From positions 1,204,809 through 1,268,808 of the forward strand of contig CAVTXK010000002.1 in the NCBI GenBank assembly GCA_963738685.1: a DNA stretch of 64,000 bases. Direction: 5' to 3'. The position numbers were made by a program, and so were the translations under genes. Below the pieces are notes generated by a model. The model was given only the letters and a program-made list of their open reading frames with translations. It ran no database searches and was not told where the DNA came from. The stretch comes from an uncultured Chloroflexia bacterium (GTDB taxonomy: Bacteria; Chloroflexota; Limnocylindria; Limnocylindrales; CSP1-4). Shown piece after piece: positions 20,639 through 30,691 of this stretch; position 1 is the stretch's first letter, and the number at the start of each line of letters is the position of its first letter.

Positions 20639-21879
20639 CTGCTCCCACCGTTACCACGGATCGCCGAACACCCGTCGGTGCCATCCTCGAGCGAGCCGCT
20701 TGGCGGGTCGGCCTGGCCGCCGCCGAACGGATCCGGATCGGGCGACTCACGGTCGTCCTGCCCGATGGCTCGAGCCGGGTCTTCGGCGATCCGGAGGCTG
20801 ATCGAAGCAGCCGAGATCCGCATCCACGATCGCCAGGCCCTGCTCCGGATGCTCGTCCACGGGGAGACCGGCGGCGGCGAGGCATACATGGACGGCCTGT
20901 GGTCCAGCCCGGACCTCGCGGGCTTGCTCGGCTTGCAGCCCGCAATCGCGAGGCGCTGGCGCTGTCGACCGGCTGGTTCCGGATCCCCGCGCAACTGGCC
21001 CGGACGCTGGCCCATCGGGTCCACCGCAACACGCGCGCCGGCAGCCGCCGGAACATCGCCGCGCACTACGACCTCGGCAACGACTTCTACCGGCTGTTTC
21101 TCGACGAGACGCTGACCTACTCGAGTGCCGTCTTCGCGACGCCCGACCAGGATCGCTCGCGGACGCGCAGCGGAACAAGTACCGGGTCATCGCCGCCAAC
21201 GCCGGCCTCGAGCGGGGCCAGCACGTCCTCGAGATCGGCACGGGCTGGGGTGGCTTCGCGCTGTACGCGGCCGGCGAGCTGGGCTGCCGGGTCACGTCGG
21301 TCACGATCTCGCGCGAGCAGCACGCACTGGCTCGGGAACGGGTTCGCGCGGCCGGCCTGGACCACCTCGTCGACGTCCAGCTCCGCGACTACCGCGACAT
21401 CGAGGGGACCTACGACGCGATCGTCTCGATCGAGATGCTCGAGGCCGTCGGCGCCGAGTACTTCGCGACGTTCTTCGCGGTGTGCGACCGGTCGCTTCGA
21501 CCCGGCGGTCGGATGAGCCTGCAGTCGATCACCTTTCCGGACGTCGCCTACGAGCGGCAGCGGCGCGGCGCGAACTGGATCCAGACGTACATCTTCCCGG
21601 GCGGGCTGTGCCCGTCGCTCGCCGTCATCGAGCGCTCGACACGCGATACCCGCTTCCTGGTGACGGGCGCGACGGACATCGCCGCGGACTACGTCCGCAC
21701 GCTCCGCACCTGGCGAGAGCGGTTCATCGGGCGCGTCGAGGACGTGCGCGCGCATGGGCTTCGATGAACGATTCATCCGCATGTGGGAGTACTACCTCGC
21801 CCTCAGCGAGGCGGGCTTTGCGACCGGTATCAGCCAGGACCTCCAGATCGTGCTGGAGAAGCGGCGCGGGATCGGGTGA
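20635..21879 (+). pseudogene. cyclopropane-fatty-acyl-phospholipid synthase family SAM-dependent methyltransferase; at least 4 frameshifts
   Basis: MTAPTVTTDRRTPVGAILERAAW (20194 frame), EAYMDGLWSSPDLAGLLGL (20678 frame), HYDLGNDFYRLFLDETLTYSSAVF (20194 frame), VLEIGTGWGGFALYAA (read directly), MLEAVGAEYFATFF...IFPGGLCPS (21435 frame), and the C-terminus FDERFIRMWEYYLALSEAGF read after a 1-nt insertion at about 21770. Confidence 0.6.
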
Positions 21880-21976
21880 CCGCCCAGCCGACTCGCGACC
21901 GGATCGGCGACGGCGTACCGGACCTGCCGTTCAGATCGGTCTGGGCCCGGCCGAGCGTCGCAACTCCAGCCCGCCG

Positions 21977-22588
21977 TCAGCGCTCGGTCAACGCCAGCTT
22001 GGCGCCAAGCCCGACGAAGGCGGCGGCGAACCCGCGGCGCATCCAGGTCAGGACGCGCGGCCGGGACACGATGTGCGTACGGACGGCAGCGGCGAAGATG
22101 CCGTAGATGGCGAAGACCACGAACGTCATCGCCATGAACACCGCGCTCAGGCCCAACATCTGCGGCAGGGCATCGGCCGCGTTCGTGCTGACGAATTGGG
22201 GCAGGAAGGCGAAGAAGAAGATCGACAACTTCGGGTTGAGGATGTTGATCAGGATGCCCTCGACGATCACCTGCCGGGCCGACTTCGGGGCGGTGTCACC
22301 CTCGACGCTGAGCGCACCCTTCTCCCGCAATGTCGACCACGCCAGGTAGAGCAGGTACGCGACGCCGAGGTACTTGATGACCTCGAAGGCAAGGGCGCTG
22401 GTGTAGAGCAGCGCCGCGAGGCCGGTGATCGCCGCGGCCATGTGCGGGATGATCCCGAGGGTGCACGCGAAGGCGGCCAACACGCTGGCGCGGGCTCCGC
22501 GTGAGAGTCCCGCCGCCAGCGTGTAGATCACGCCGGTGCCCGGCGATGCGACGACCACGAACGTGGTGATCAGGAACTCGATGCTCAA
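21977..22588 (-). CDS. LysE/RhtB family amino-acid translocator
   Basis: TTG start with GGGAGG RBS. The protein (M)SIEFLITTFVVVASPGTG...NPKLSIFFFAFLPQFV matches the LysE family. Confidence 0.7.
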   Translation of the reverse strand: MSIEFLITTFVVVASPGTGVIYTLAAGLSRGARASVLAAFACTLGIIPHMAAAITGLAALLYTSALAFEVIKYLGVAYLLYLAWSTLREKGALSVEGDTAPKSARQVIVEGILINILNPKLSIFFFAFLPQFVSTNAADALPQMLGLSAVFMAMTFVVFAIYGIFAAAVRTHIVSRPRVLTWMRRGFAAAFVGLGAKLALTER

Positions 22589-22640
22589 CGGCCGCCTCCC
22601 GACTCGTGAAGCCCCGAGCGTACCAGTCGAACCGACGGCT

Positions 22641-23084
22641 TCAGGTGGCGGCGCCGACCGGCGCGCCCGGCCGCTCCGGCATGACGCCAAGCTGCCGCAT
22701 CAACGTCGCGTCGTCGCGTACGCCCCAATGTTCGACGGCCTTGCCATCACGGTATCGGAGGATGTGGACGTACCGGTAGGCGACCTCGCGGCCAGTCGGG
22801 GGAATCCCCATCAAGTCGCCGGTGTGCCGGCCGTGGTGGGTCGCATGGACGGCGACGAGATCGCCGTCGCCGATCAGGTGATGGATCTCCCAGCGCTGGT
22901 CCGAGAACACGCTCGCCAGCCAGAGCATCTGCCGCTTCACGCCTTCGATTCCGGGCGGTTCGCCGGGCCGAGCGCCGTGCGCCACGGCGTTCGGGTCGGT
23001 CACTTCGGCGAGCCCCTCGATGTCGCAGGTGGGGAAGATCTCCTCCCACGTTCGCCGCGCGATCGCCTTGTTCTGCTCGTTCAT
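22641..23084 (-). CDS. SnoaL-like / ester cyclase family protein
   Basis: MNEQNKAIARRTWEEIF...WEIHHLIGDGDLVAVH...GREVAYRYVHILRYRDGKAVEHW. GGAGG RBS. Confidence 0.55.
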   Translation of the reverse strand: MNEQNKAIARRTWEEIFPTCDIEGLAEVTDPNAVAHGARPGEPPGIEGVKRQMLWLASVFSDQRWEIHHLIGDGDLVAVHATHHGRHTGDLMGIPPTGREVAYRYVHILRYRDGKAVEHWGVRDDATLMRQLGVMPERPGAPVGAAT

Positions 23085-23157
23085 CTCCGGACCTCCGTGC
23101 GCACTACGATCGTCTGACTGGACGATCCGTATTTGGTGCAAGTATCATTCTCACGAA

Positions 23158-23844
23158 ATGACGGACGATGTCAAGCCTCGGCGCGCCTACCGATCGATCC
23201 GTCGCGCCGAGCAGACCGAACAGACCCGTCGCGACATCGTCATCGCGGCTGGTCGACTGTTCCGTGAGCGGGGATACACCGCGGTCGCGATGCCGGTGAT
23301 CGCGTCCGAAGCGGGCGTCGCGGTCGAGACGATCTACCGCGCATTCGGCAGCAAGGCCGGCCTCTTCAAGGCCGTTGTCGATGCCGCCGTGGCCGGCGGC
23401 GCCGCCCGGGCCGACGTCCCGGTGGAGGATCGGCCGGCTATCCGCGCGCTCATCGATGAACCCGATCCGCGTCGCCAGGTCGAGCGGTACGCGGCGACCC
23501 AGCCCGGGATCCATCGCCGGTCCGGGCCGTTGCTACGGGCTCTGTCCGGCGCGGCTGCCACCGACCCCGCCCTGCAGGCGTTGTGGGACGAGATCGAAGC
23601 CAGCCGCCGCATGGGGCAGGGCCGCTTCGTCGGCATGCTGGCCGCGCGCGGCGCCCTTCGTCCGGGCCTGACCGTCGACGACGGACGGGACGGGTTGTGG
23701 GCGCTCTGCTCGCTGGCCGTCTACGACATGCTCGTCACGACGTCCGGCTGGACGCCGGACCACTACGAGCAGTGGCTGGCGGATGGGCTCCAGAGCCTCC
23801 TGTTGCCGAGAGACGGCGGTCCTACGGCTGCATCGGGCTCATGA
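23158..23844 (+). CDS. TetR/AcrR family transcriptional regulator
   Basis: TetR HTH (RRDIVIAAGRLFRERGYTAVAMPVIASEAGVAVETIYRAF). AT-rich divergent intergenic region containing a near-palindrome TACGATCGT...ACGATCCGTA. Confidence 0.8.
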   Translation: MTDDVKPRRAYRSIRRAEQTEQTRRDIVIAAGRLFRERGYTAVAMPVIASEAGVAVETIYRAFGSKAGLFKAVVDAAVAGGAARADVPVEDRPAIRALIDEPDPRRQVERYAATQPGIHRRSGPLLRALSGAAATDPALQALWDEIEASRRMGQGRFVGMLAARGALRPGLTVDDGRDGLWALCSLAVYDMLVTTSGWTPDHYEQWLADGLQSLLLPRDGGPTAASGS

Positions 23845-24178
23845 GCTGGAAGTAGTTGTCGTCGGGGTCGGCGAGGGTCGCGATCTGATCGACGGCGCCA
23901 TCGAAGCCGTAGGGCTCGGCGATGACGAGCGCCCCGGCCGCCTTCAGGCGCTCGAAGTCGGCCTTGACGTCCTTGCTCTCGATGTTCCAGATGATCCGAC
24001 CCGGGCTCGCGTTCTTGCCCTTGACCTCGGAGTGGGGACCGACGGTGACGAACCCTGAGCCGAGCTGCCACCCCGTGTACCCGCCTTCGGCCATCGTCGG
24101 TTCGCCGAAGAGCTTCGTGTAGTACTGGACCAGGCGCTCCGGGTCCTCGGACCCGATGAGGATGCTGTTGAAGTCCAT
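23822..24178 (-). CDS. VOC family protein
   Basis: 118 aa (MDFNSILIGSEDPERLVQYYTKLFG...). AGGAGG RBS. The long ORF 23822..24937 is an over-extension. Confidence 0.65.
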   Translation of the reverse strand: MDFNSILIGSEDPERLVQYYTKLFGEPTMAEGGYTGWQLGSGFVTVGPHSEVKGKNASPGRIIWNIESKDVKADFERLKAAGALVIAEPYGFDGAVDQIATLADPDDNYFQLMSPMQP

Positions 24179-24310
24179 GTCGCCTCCTGTCGTCTGCCGT
24201 TCCCGACCAGCATGACGGAACGCCATCCTGTCCGCCTCCGACCGGCGCGGGGGACCGGCGGCCGACGCAGCGATACCATCCTCGCCAGGCGAAGAGATCG
24301 AGGTCGACCG

Positions 24311-25093
24311 ATGCAACACCTGAACCCGACGCGGACGGTTCACATGGGTGACGCCGAGGTCGTCCGGATCGGCCTCGGGACGAACCGCCTGACGAACAAC
24401 CCCGAGAACGTCGCCTTCGTCCGGGAGGCGGTCGCGGCCGGGATCAACCTGATCGACACCGCTCACTCCTACACCGGAGGACAGAGCGAAGCGACGATCG
24501 GTGCGGCGCTGTCGCCGATCCCCGGCGGCGTCATCGTCGCGACGAAAGGCGGTTACGGGTCGGGGCAGGGCCGTCCCGAGGCCCTCCGCGCACAGATCGA
24601 CGAGAGCCTTCGGCGGCTGCGCACCGACACGATCGGGCTGTACTACCTCCACCGGGTCGACCCGACGACGCCGCTCGAGGAAAGCCTGGGCGCGATCAAG
24701 GAGTACGTGGATCGCGGGCAGATCCAGCACATCGGCTTGTCGCAGGTCGAGGTCGACCAGATCGAGCTGGCGCGTTCCGTCGTCCCGATCGCGGCAGTCC
24801 AGAGCCAGTACAACTTCGCCGAGCGCGGGTGGGACGAGGTCGTCGACTACTGCGCCCGCGAGGAGATCGTGTTCGTTCCCTACTTCCCGCTCCACGTCGA
24901 GCGAAGCGCGGCATTGACCGTCATCGCGGAGCGACACGGCGCGACCCCGTCACAGATCGCGCTCGCGTGGCTTCTGCGGCGCTCTCCGACGACGCTGCCG
25001 ATCCCAGGCACCCTCTCGCTCGAACACGTGAGGGAAAACCTGGGTGCGCCGGACATCGAACTCAGCGACGACGAGTTCGAAGCCCTGCGGTAG
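24311..25093 (+). CDS. aldo/keto reductase
   Basis: IGLGTNRL...IDTAHSYTGGQSE...GLYYLHRVDP...HIGLSQV are AKR family signatures. Confidence 0.8.
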   Translation: MQHLNPTRTVHMGDAEVVRIGLGTNRLTNNPENVAFVREAVAAGINLIDTAHSYTGGQSEATIGAALSPIPGGVIVATKGGYGSGQGRPEALRAQIDESLRRLRTDTIGLYYLHRVDPTTPLEESLGAIKEYVDRGQIQHIGLSQVEVDQIELARSVVPIAAVQSQYNFAERGWDEVVDYCAREEIVFVPYFPLHVERSAALTVIAERHGATPSQIALAWLLRRSPTTLPIPGTLSLEHVRENLGAPDIELSDDEFEALR

Positions 25094-25106
25094 ACCCAGA
25101 AGCGCC

Positions 25107-27800
25107 TCAGTTCACCGTCACGAATGCATCCATATCGACCCGGGGCCGCCCGGTCGTGCCGAGCACCTTGACGCTGACCGCCCACGGCCCCGAGTTCGAG
25201 AAGCTGCCGACCCATACGACACGCTGGTTCTGGTATGTCGCAGCGTATAGATCAACGGTTGCGACCTTGGTGCCGCCCACGTAGATCTCGGCTTTGCCGC
25301 GCTCGGGACCGTTACGTGCGACCCACGCGATCGATCGGCCGGTGAACGTGATCGATGCCTTGGCTCCCGCGGTGCTCGCCTTCTTGGCCTGGCCTCCCCA
25401 GAAGACGGAGCTCTGGACCGTCGTCCACGAACCGGCATACGTGATCTTCGGGTTGGTCTCGCTGTAGCGCGACAGGCGGACGGTCGGTCCGGTCGCCCAG
25501 GGCCCGATGTTGCCGGCCCTGTCGACGGCCCGCACCCGGAAGGCGTAGGCATGCTCGGTCAGGAGGGCCTTGCTGATGGTCGGGCTGGTGAGCGTCGACG
25601 AGACCTTGGTCCAGGCGCCGCTGTCGGTCTGTTGGTAGAGCTCGTACCGAGCGATGCCCGACGTGGCGTCCGTCCCGGTCCATGGCACGCGCAGTGTGAT
25701 CAGCCCGCCGCTGATCGAGGTTCCCGGCACGAATCCGCGGCTCGGCGCGGTCACGCTCGGGCCGACCGTGTCGAGCACGATGGTGTCGGTCTTGACCGCC
25801 GACCAGTTGCCGGCCACGTCCTTCCATTTCGCGAACACGGTCCGGGCGCCGTTGGTCGCCGTGATGTTCCAGTGCTGGGTCGCGGCGTACGGCCGGTATT
25901 GCCAGGTTGATCCGTCGTTCGACAGGCCGACCTGGCTCACTCCTGAGCCCGTATCAGTGGCGGGTGTAGAGACGGTCACAGTCGTCGCCTTGGTATTGGT
26001 CGCGCCACCGGCGATCGAAATGGAACCAATAGGCGGCGTGGTATCCAGCGGCGCGGGAGTCGGGGTCGGCGTTGGTGTCGGGGACGGCGTGGGGGTGGGT
26101 GCGGGCGTCACGGTCCATGTCGCGGACGCCGGCTCACTCGGATTGCCGGCCGCGTCCCACGCCTTGACGAGGATCGTATGGGCGCCGCCCACCAGGCCCG
26201 CAAGGTGGTAAGGCGATGTGCACGGGGCCCACGAACCTTGATCCAGCTGGCAGTCAAACCAGACGGCGTCGTCGTCCTGGGTCCCAAACGTGATGTCGGC
26301 CTCCGGACCCGCCGCGCCAGATGCTGGGCCCGACACCATTGCGACCGGCGGCGTGAGGTCGGCGTCGCTGACGTAGATGCCCCCTTGCTTCAAATCCTCG
26401 GTCACGAGCGAAAGCTGGGACTCAAAGATGATCCGCGTCCCGTCGGCGGACCCGGCCACGAACTCCACCTGGCCATCGGTGGCCGGTGTCAGATTGGTGA
26501 TCACGCCGTCATGCCACTCGTACAGGTCCGGCCAACCCGTCGCCACATCGTCCGGGAGCACGGCTTCGGGTGTCTCAAAGATGATCCGAGAGCCATCGGT
26601 CGATACCAGATCTACGGTGGACTGATTCGACGATCCCACGCCCTTGGTGAGGAGCTCTGCCTCACCGGGGTGGCTGGAGTCCCATCGATAGAGGTCGTTG
26701 CCATCAGTGGTGTCCGTCGGATCGATCATCGACCAGGTCCGGTATACGACCTGGTTCAAACCCTCATCCGCCCAGGCCCTGTCGGCCGCCACCGAGCCGA
26801 GTGAGACGAGTTCCATCTGCTCGCCTTCCATGATGTACACGTCGGTGGAAGCATCAGTGTCGTCTGCTGTCAGCTGCGCCGAGCTGGTGACCAGCATCCG
26901 GCTTTCGTCGGGGCTCACCCGGACGAACGTGATCGGGGCATCGGACCACCCCGTCGCGAGGTGCATGGTTCCGTCCGACTCGGACCAGTAGACGTCGTTT
27001 TGCCCGTCCGTATCGCTCGGGTTCATAGGCCCGGTCGCGGTGAAGTAGAGGCGCGACCCATCGGCGGAAAACGCCTTCACACCACCACCTGTGGCTCGAG
27101 GGATGGCCGCGGCGCCGACCCGTTCGTAGTACGTGTCGTTGAGCGCATCCTTGAAGATGACGTGCGAACCGTCGTCCGTGGCGATCGCGAAGGTTGGGTC
27201 GGCCCGCCCCTCGGTCAGGTAGGTGAAGCCAGGGACGTCCCTTTGCCACCGGTAGAGGTCTTGATCGGTGTTCGTGTCTGCGGGATCGAGGGCCTCTCTC
27301 GTCCTGAAGACCACCGCCGAGCCATCGTCCGCGACATGGGCGAGGAACGCCGATGAGTCCGTGTCAGGCGTGACCAGGGTCCGAGTTGTCGGAGTGACTA
27401 GATACAAGTCGCTCGTAACGTCAGTGTCATCATCGGTGACGTGATACGGCGAGCTGACCACCAGGGTCGTGGCATCAGGCGTCGCGCCCACACCCGACAC
27501 AATACCGACGGCGGCGGGGAGGTAACGATCGGCCACGTTGGTCCACACGTCGTAACGCGACTGGACGTGTGAGTTCGGGTCCTCGTCAGAAGTTATGACG
27601 ATCCGGCTGCCGTCGCGCGCCATAGCGCGGTAGGTGAGGGGAAGAATCGTCTCGGGGACCAGCAACTCGAGGCGACGGCCGGGCACGGGATTGATCTCGG
27701 TCGCTGTGGCGCTCGGGGCTGCGGCATGCAGGAGTCCGAGGTTGGAGGCGAGCGATACAGCGACGGCCATCACGGCCACGGTCGTATTTCGTGCTAGCAC
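25107..27800 (-). CDS. large secreted multidomain protein (TolB/PD40-like beta-propeller repeats, Pro/Thr linker, Ig/FN3-like domains, C-terminal beta-sandwich)
   Basis: 897 aa, fully intact. Signal peptide. Repeated DLY/TD.DG.SR motifs. PTPTPSPTPTPTPTP linker. GTG start inside a GTGCTAGCAC palindrome. Confidence 0.55.
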   Translation of the reverse strand: MLARNTTVAVMAVAVSLASNLGLLHAAAPSATATEINPVPGRRLELLVPETILPLTYRAMARDGSRIVITSDEDPNSHVQSRYDVWTNVADRYLPAAVGIVSGVGATPDATTLVVSSPYHVTDDDTDVTSDLYLVTPTTRTLVTPDTDSSAFLAHVADDGSAVVFRTREALDPADTNTDQDLYRWQRDVPGFTYLTEGRADPTFAIATDDGSHVIFKDALNDTYYERVGAAAIPRATGGGVKAFSADGSRLYFTATGPMNPSDTDGQNDVYWSESDGTMHLATGWSDAPITFVRVSPDESRMLVTSSAQLTADDTDASTDVYIMEGEQMELVSLGSVAADRAWADEGLNQVVYRTWSMIDPTDTTDGNDLYRWDSSHPGEAELLTKGVGSSNQSTVDLVSTDGSRIIFETPEAVLPDDVATGWPDLYEWHDGVITNLTPATDGQVEFVAGSADGTRIIFESQLSLVTEDLKQGGIYVSDADLTPPVAMVSGPASGAAGPEADITFGTQDDDAVWFDCQLDQGSWAPCTSPYHLAGLVGGAHTILVKAWDAAGNPSEPASATWTVTPAPTPTPSPTPTPTPTPAPLDTTPPIGSISIAGGATNTKATTVTVSTPATDTGSGVSQVGLSNDGSTWQYRPYAATQHWNITATNGARTVFAKWKDVAGNWSAVKTDTIVLDTVGPSVTAPSRGFVPGTSISGGLITLRVPWTGTDATSGIARYELYQQTDSGAWTKVSSTLTSPTISKALLTEHAYAFRVRAVDRAGNIGPWATGPTVRLSRYSETNPKITYAGSWTTVQSSVFWGGQAKKASTAGAKASITFTGRSIAWVARNGPERGKAEIYVGGTKVATVDLYAATYQNQRVVWVGSFSNSGPWAVSVKVLGTTGRPRVDMDAFVTVN

Positions 27801-27922
27801 CGGTGCCCCTCGTAGGTACGACCCGCTTCGGTCTGGGCGGACCTCGTCAAGGGTGCCCGAGGCGGCAGTGTATCCCCCGATTCCCTTGACGCAAGTCCCC
27901 TAGAGGTCCCGGCCAGAACTAC

Positions 27923-27949
27923 TTGACATCGCACACTGTGTGACACACA
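27923..27949 (+). promoter_or_regulatory. TTGACA -35-like element followed by a 13-bp perfect palindrome TGTGTGaCACACA immediately upstream of padR (putative PadR autoregulatory operator)
   Basis: Read in the sequence about 15-25 nt upstream of the padR ATG. Confidence 0.3.
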
Positions 27950-27962
27950 CTGTGCGCCAGAC

Positions 27963-28328
27963 ATGACGACCACCGACCCGATCCCGACCTCGGCCGACGC
28001 GGCCTTCGAGAACCTGCGCCTGGAGCTCCGGCGCGGCGCGCTCGTCCTGGCCGTGCTCGCCCGGCTTCGCACCGAGCACTACGGCTACGCGCTTCGCAAA
28101 TCGCTTGCGGAGCAGGGGATGGACATCGACGAGAACACCCTCTACCCGCTGCTGCGCCGCCTGGAGACCCAGGGCCTCCTCGACAGCGAGTGGCGCGAAG
28201 AGGACCGGCGCCCCAAGCGCTTCTATCGACTCTCGACGGACGGCGAGGCGACCCTCGCCCGGCTGCTCGAGCAATGGACCGATCTCGACGCCTCGCTGCG
28301 CCGGATCCTCACGGAGAACCCGACGTGA
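27963..28328 (+). CDS. PadR family transcriptional regulator
   Basis: LVLAVLARLRTEHYGYALRKSL...LYPLLRRLETQGLLDSEWR is the PadR wHTH. Confidence 0.85.
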   Translation: MTTTDPIPTSADAAFENLRLELRRGALVLAVLARLRTEHYGYALRKSLAEQGMDIDENTLYPLLRRLETQGLLDSEWREEDRRPKRFYRLSTDGEATLARLLEQWTDLDASLRRILTENPT

Positions 28329-29332
28329 CCCTCATCGACCGATACGTGCGCGCCGTCAGGGACAACCTGCCACGAGCCCAGCAGGACGACATCGTCAACG
28401 AGCTGTCGGCCAACCTCCACTCCCGCTTCGAGGACGAGGAGGCCGCCCGCGGCCGTCCGCTCGACGAGGCCGAGGAGGTGGCCATCCTGAAGAGCTTCGG
28501 CCACCCGATGGCGGTCGCCGCGCGCTACCGCGGTGACGATCGGTCGGTGACATTCGGTCGTCGGCTCATCGGGCCGGAGCTCTTCCCGACCTACATGAAG
28601 GTCCTGGCCGTCAACGTGATCATCACGCTCATCGTGGTCGCGATCACGCTCGTGGCGGCGGGTGGCCCGCTGTGGTCGGGCATCTACGGCGCGCTGGTCC
28701 CGCTCGCGATCCAGTTCACGATCGTGACCGCGATCTTCGTGTGGATCGATCGACGCTGGATCCGCGATCCCGACGGCTGGGATCCGCGGACCGTCAACTC
28801 GATGGGCCCCGATGTCGATGTCTCGAGCCTCGACGGCATCGCCGAGCAACTCATCGGCAAGTCGCACCCGCGCGCGGTCTCGATCACGACCTCGGTCCTG
28901 GAGATCGGGCTGCTCGCCGTCGGACTCACGATCTGGCTCGCGATCGGCGTACCGGCAAGCCTCGGCTTCATGGAGCCCGGCCCGGGCTGGCGGGACGTCT
29001 TCGTGCCGGCCACGGTCGTGATCGTGTTCTCGCTGCTGACGCCCGTCGTGACGCTGATCCGGCCCAGTTGGACGAGGTTCCGCGTCGCGGCCCACATCCT
29101 GATCGACCTCGCGACGATCGTCATCGGCGCCGTGTCGCTCGCGCTCGGGAACTGGGTGGTCCTCGCCGATCCGGCGACCGCTACGGCCGACATGGTGGAG
29201 CTCGTCGACCTGATCAACACCGTCGTGCGCATCTCGATCGCGGCGACGATCGTCCTGACGGCGATCACGGCGGCCTTCGAGCTGCGGCGGCTCATCCGGA
29301 TGCGCCGACCGACTGACTCGCGCCCGGGCTAG
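28325..29332 (+). CDS. PadR-associated membrane protein (DUF1700-like)
   Basis: GTGA overlap with padR. The N-terminal soluble part (VTLIDRYVRAVRDNLP...) is followed by multiple TM helices. Confidence 0.55.
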   Translation: MTLIDRYVRAVRDNLPRAQQDDIVNELSANLHSRFEDEEAARGRPLDEAEEVAILKSFGHPMAVAARYRGDDRSVTFGRRLIGPELFPTYMKVLAVNVIITLIVVAITLVAAGGPLWSGIYGALVPLAIQFTIVTAIFVWIDRRWIRDPDGWDPRTVNSMGPDVDVSSLDGIAEQLIGKSHPRAVSITTSVLEIGLLAVGLTIWLAIGVPASLGFMEPGPGWRDVFVPATVVIVFSLLTPVVTLIRPSWTRFRVAAHILIDLATIVIGAVSLALGNWVVLADPATATADMVELVDLINTVVRISIAATIVLTAITAAFELRRLIRMRRPTDSRPG

Positions 29333-29683
29333 CCGGCGTCGATCACGCAGAAGCGGTTGCCCTCGGGGTCGGCGAGGATCACGTAGTCGGCGTCGGGTGG
29401 TCGCTTGTCCCAGTGGACCTCGGTGGCGCCGAGGGCCAGGAGGCGCTCGACCTCGGCGGCCTGGTCCTCGGCGTACAGGTCGAGGTGGATGCGCGGCGGG
29501 ATGTGGACCTCGGAAGCGCACGCGGTCCAGCGACATGTTCGGCCCGACACCATCCCGCGGCCGCAGCAGCGCGAACGTGTCGTCATCGCCCTCGCGAGCG
29601 ACGTAATCGAGCGCCGCCGTCCAGAACGCCCGTTGGCGGTCCAGGTCGTCGACCCGGATGACGATCGAACCGACGCGAAGCAC
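29329..29683 (-). pseudogene. VOC family protein; frameshift near 29520
   Basis: The N-terminus MLRVGSIVIRVDDLDRQRAFWTAALDY... is in ORF 28223..29683. The C-terminus ...YAEDQAAEVERLLALGATEVHWDKRPPDADYVILADPEGNRFCVIDAG is in ORF 29329..29586. Confidence 0.5.
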
Positions 29684-29685
29684 GA

Positions 29686-30556
29686 CTACGCGCTCGGCGC
29701 GTCCGGCGCACCCGGCGCCTCGGGCGAGTCAAGGAACGAGAGGGCGACAGCCGCGAAGAGGGGAGAGCTCGCGATGTTGTAGTGGGTCAGGCCGGGCAGG
29801 ATGGCCAGCGCGTGCCCGCCCTTCGGCCGGCCCTCGCCCATCCAGCCGCCGTCGCGGAGGCCGCCGTCGAGCAGCTTGAAGACCTCGACGTAGTGGCTCG
29901 GTGGCGCCATGTCGGCATCGGCGGCGACGATGAGCGTCGGCACCTTCAAGGCCCGGACCTCCTCGGTGAAGTCGAAGTCCTTGCGCCATCGACTCGCCGA
30001 TCTTGTCCAGCAGCCGCCCGAAGTCCTCGGGGCGCGGCGCGACTCGCTCGTACAGCTGGTACATCGGCGTGTCCTTCATGAACTCGGCCGACGCTGCGTT
30101 CACCAGGCCCTGCTGGGCGAGCATCTCGGCCGGGATCGCGTCGCGCCGGATGTTCGCGGCGGCCATGACGAGCTTGCCGACCTTGTCCGGGTACTTCACG
30201 GCGGTGAAGAACGCGACGCCGCCACCGAGCGAGTAGCCGACGAGGTCGGGCTTGTCGAGCCCGAGGTGGTCGATGAGCGCCGCGATGTCATCGGCCATCA
30301 GCCGGATGTCGATGGGCCGATCGATGTCGGCCGTGCGTCCGTGTCCCTGCAGGTCGACGGCGATGACCTGGTGGTGGTCGGCGAGCGTGGGGAGGATCGG
30401 CCCGAACATCTCGCCCGACCCGAGCCCGCCGTGCAGCAGGATCAGCGGCCGGCCGGTCCCGTGCGTCTCGTAGTAGAGGTGCAGGCCGTTGAGGTCGGCG
30501 TACTGGCCGGTGCCCTTGACGTCGGTCGTCCAGTCGGTGGTCGTCATCGCTCGCAC
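29686..30556 (-). pseudogene. alpha/beta hydrolase; frameshift near 29960
   Basis: HGGLGSG...GYSLGG nucleophile elbow in ORF 29729..30556. The C-terminal 87 aa (LKVPTLIVAADADM...) are in ORF 29686..29949. Confidence 0.6.
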
Positions 30557-30691
30557 CTCTCGTATCGGTCTGTGGTCACCTTACCGCCAGAAGCGGTCCC
30601 GGGCGTCGCGCGGTAGCATCGGCGCCTGCACGCACCGTCGGGGGAACGAGGCCGTCCAGAGGGCCGGCCTGGATCGAATGGAGGAGATTCG

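Noticed and set aside
21783-22106. 107-aa ORF after the CFA synthase
   Set aside because: Its first about 33 codons are the frameshifted CFA-synthase C-terminus (MWEYYLALSEAGF...) read in the wrong frame. The rest is antisense to the LysE gene.
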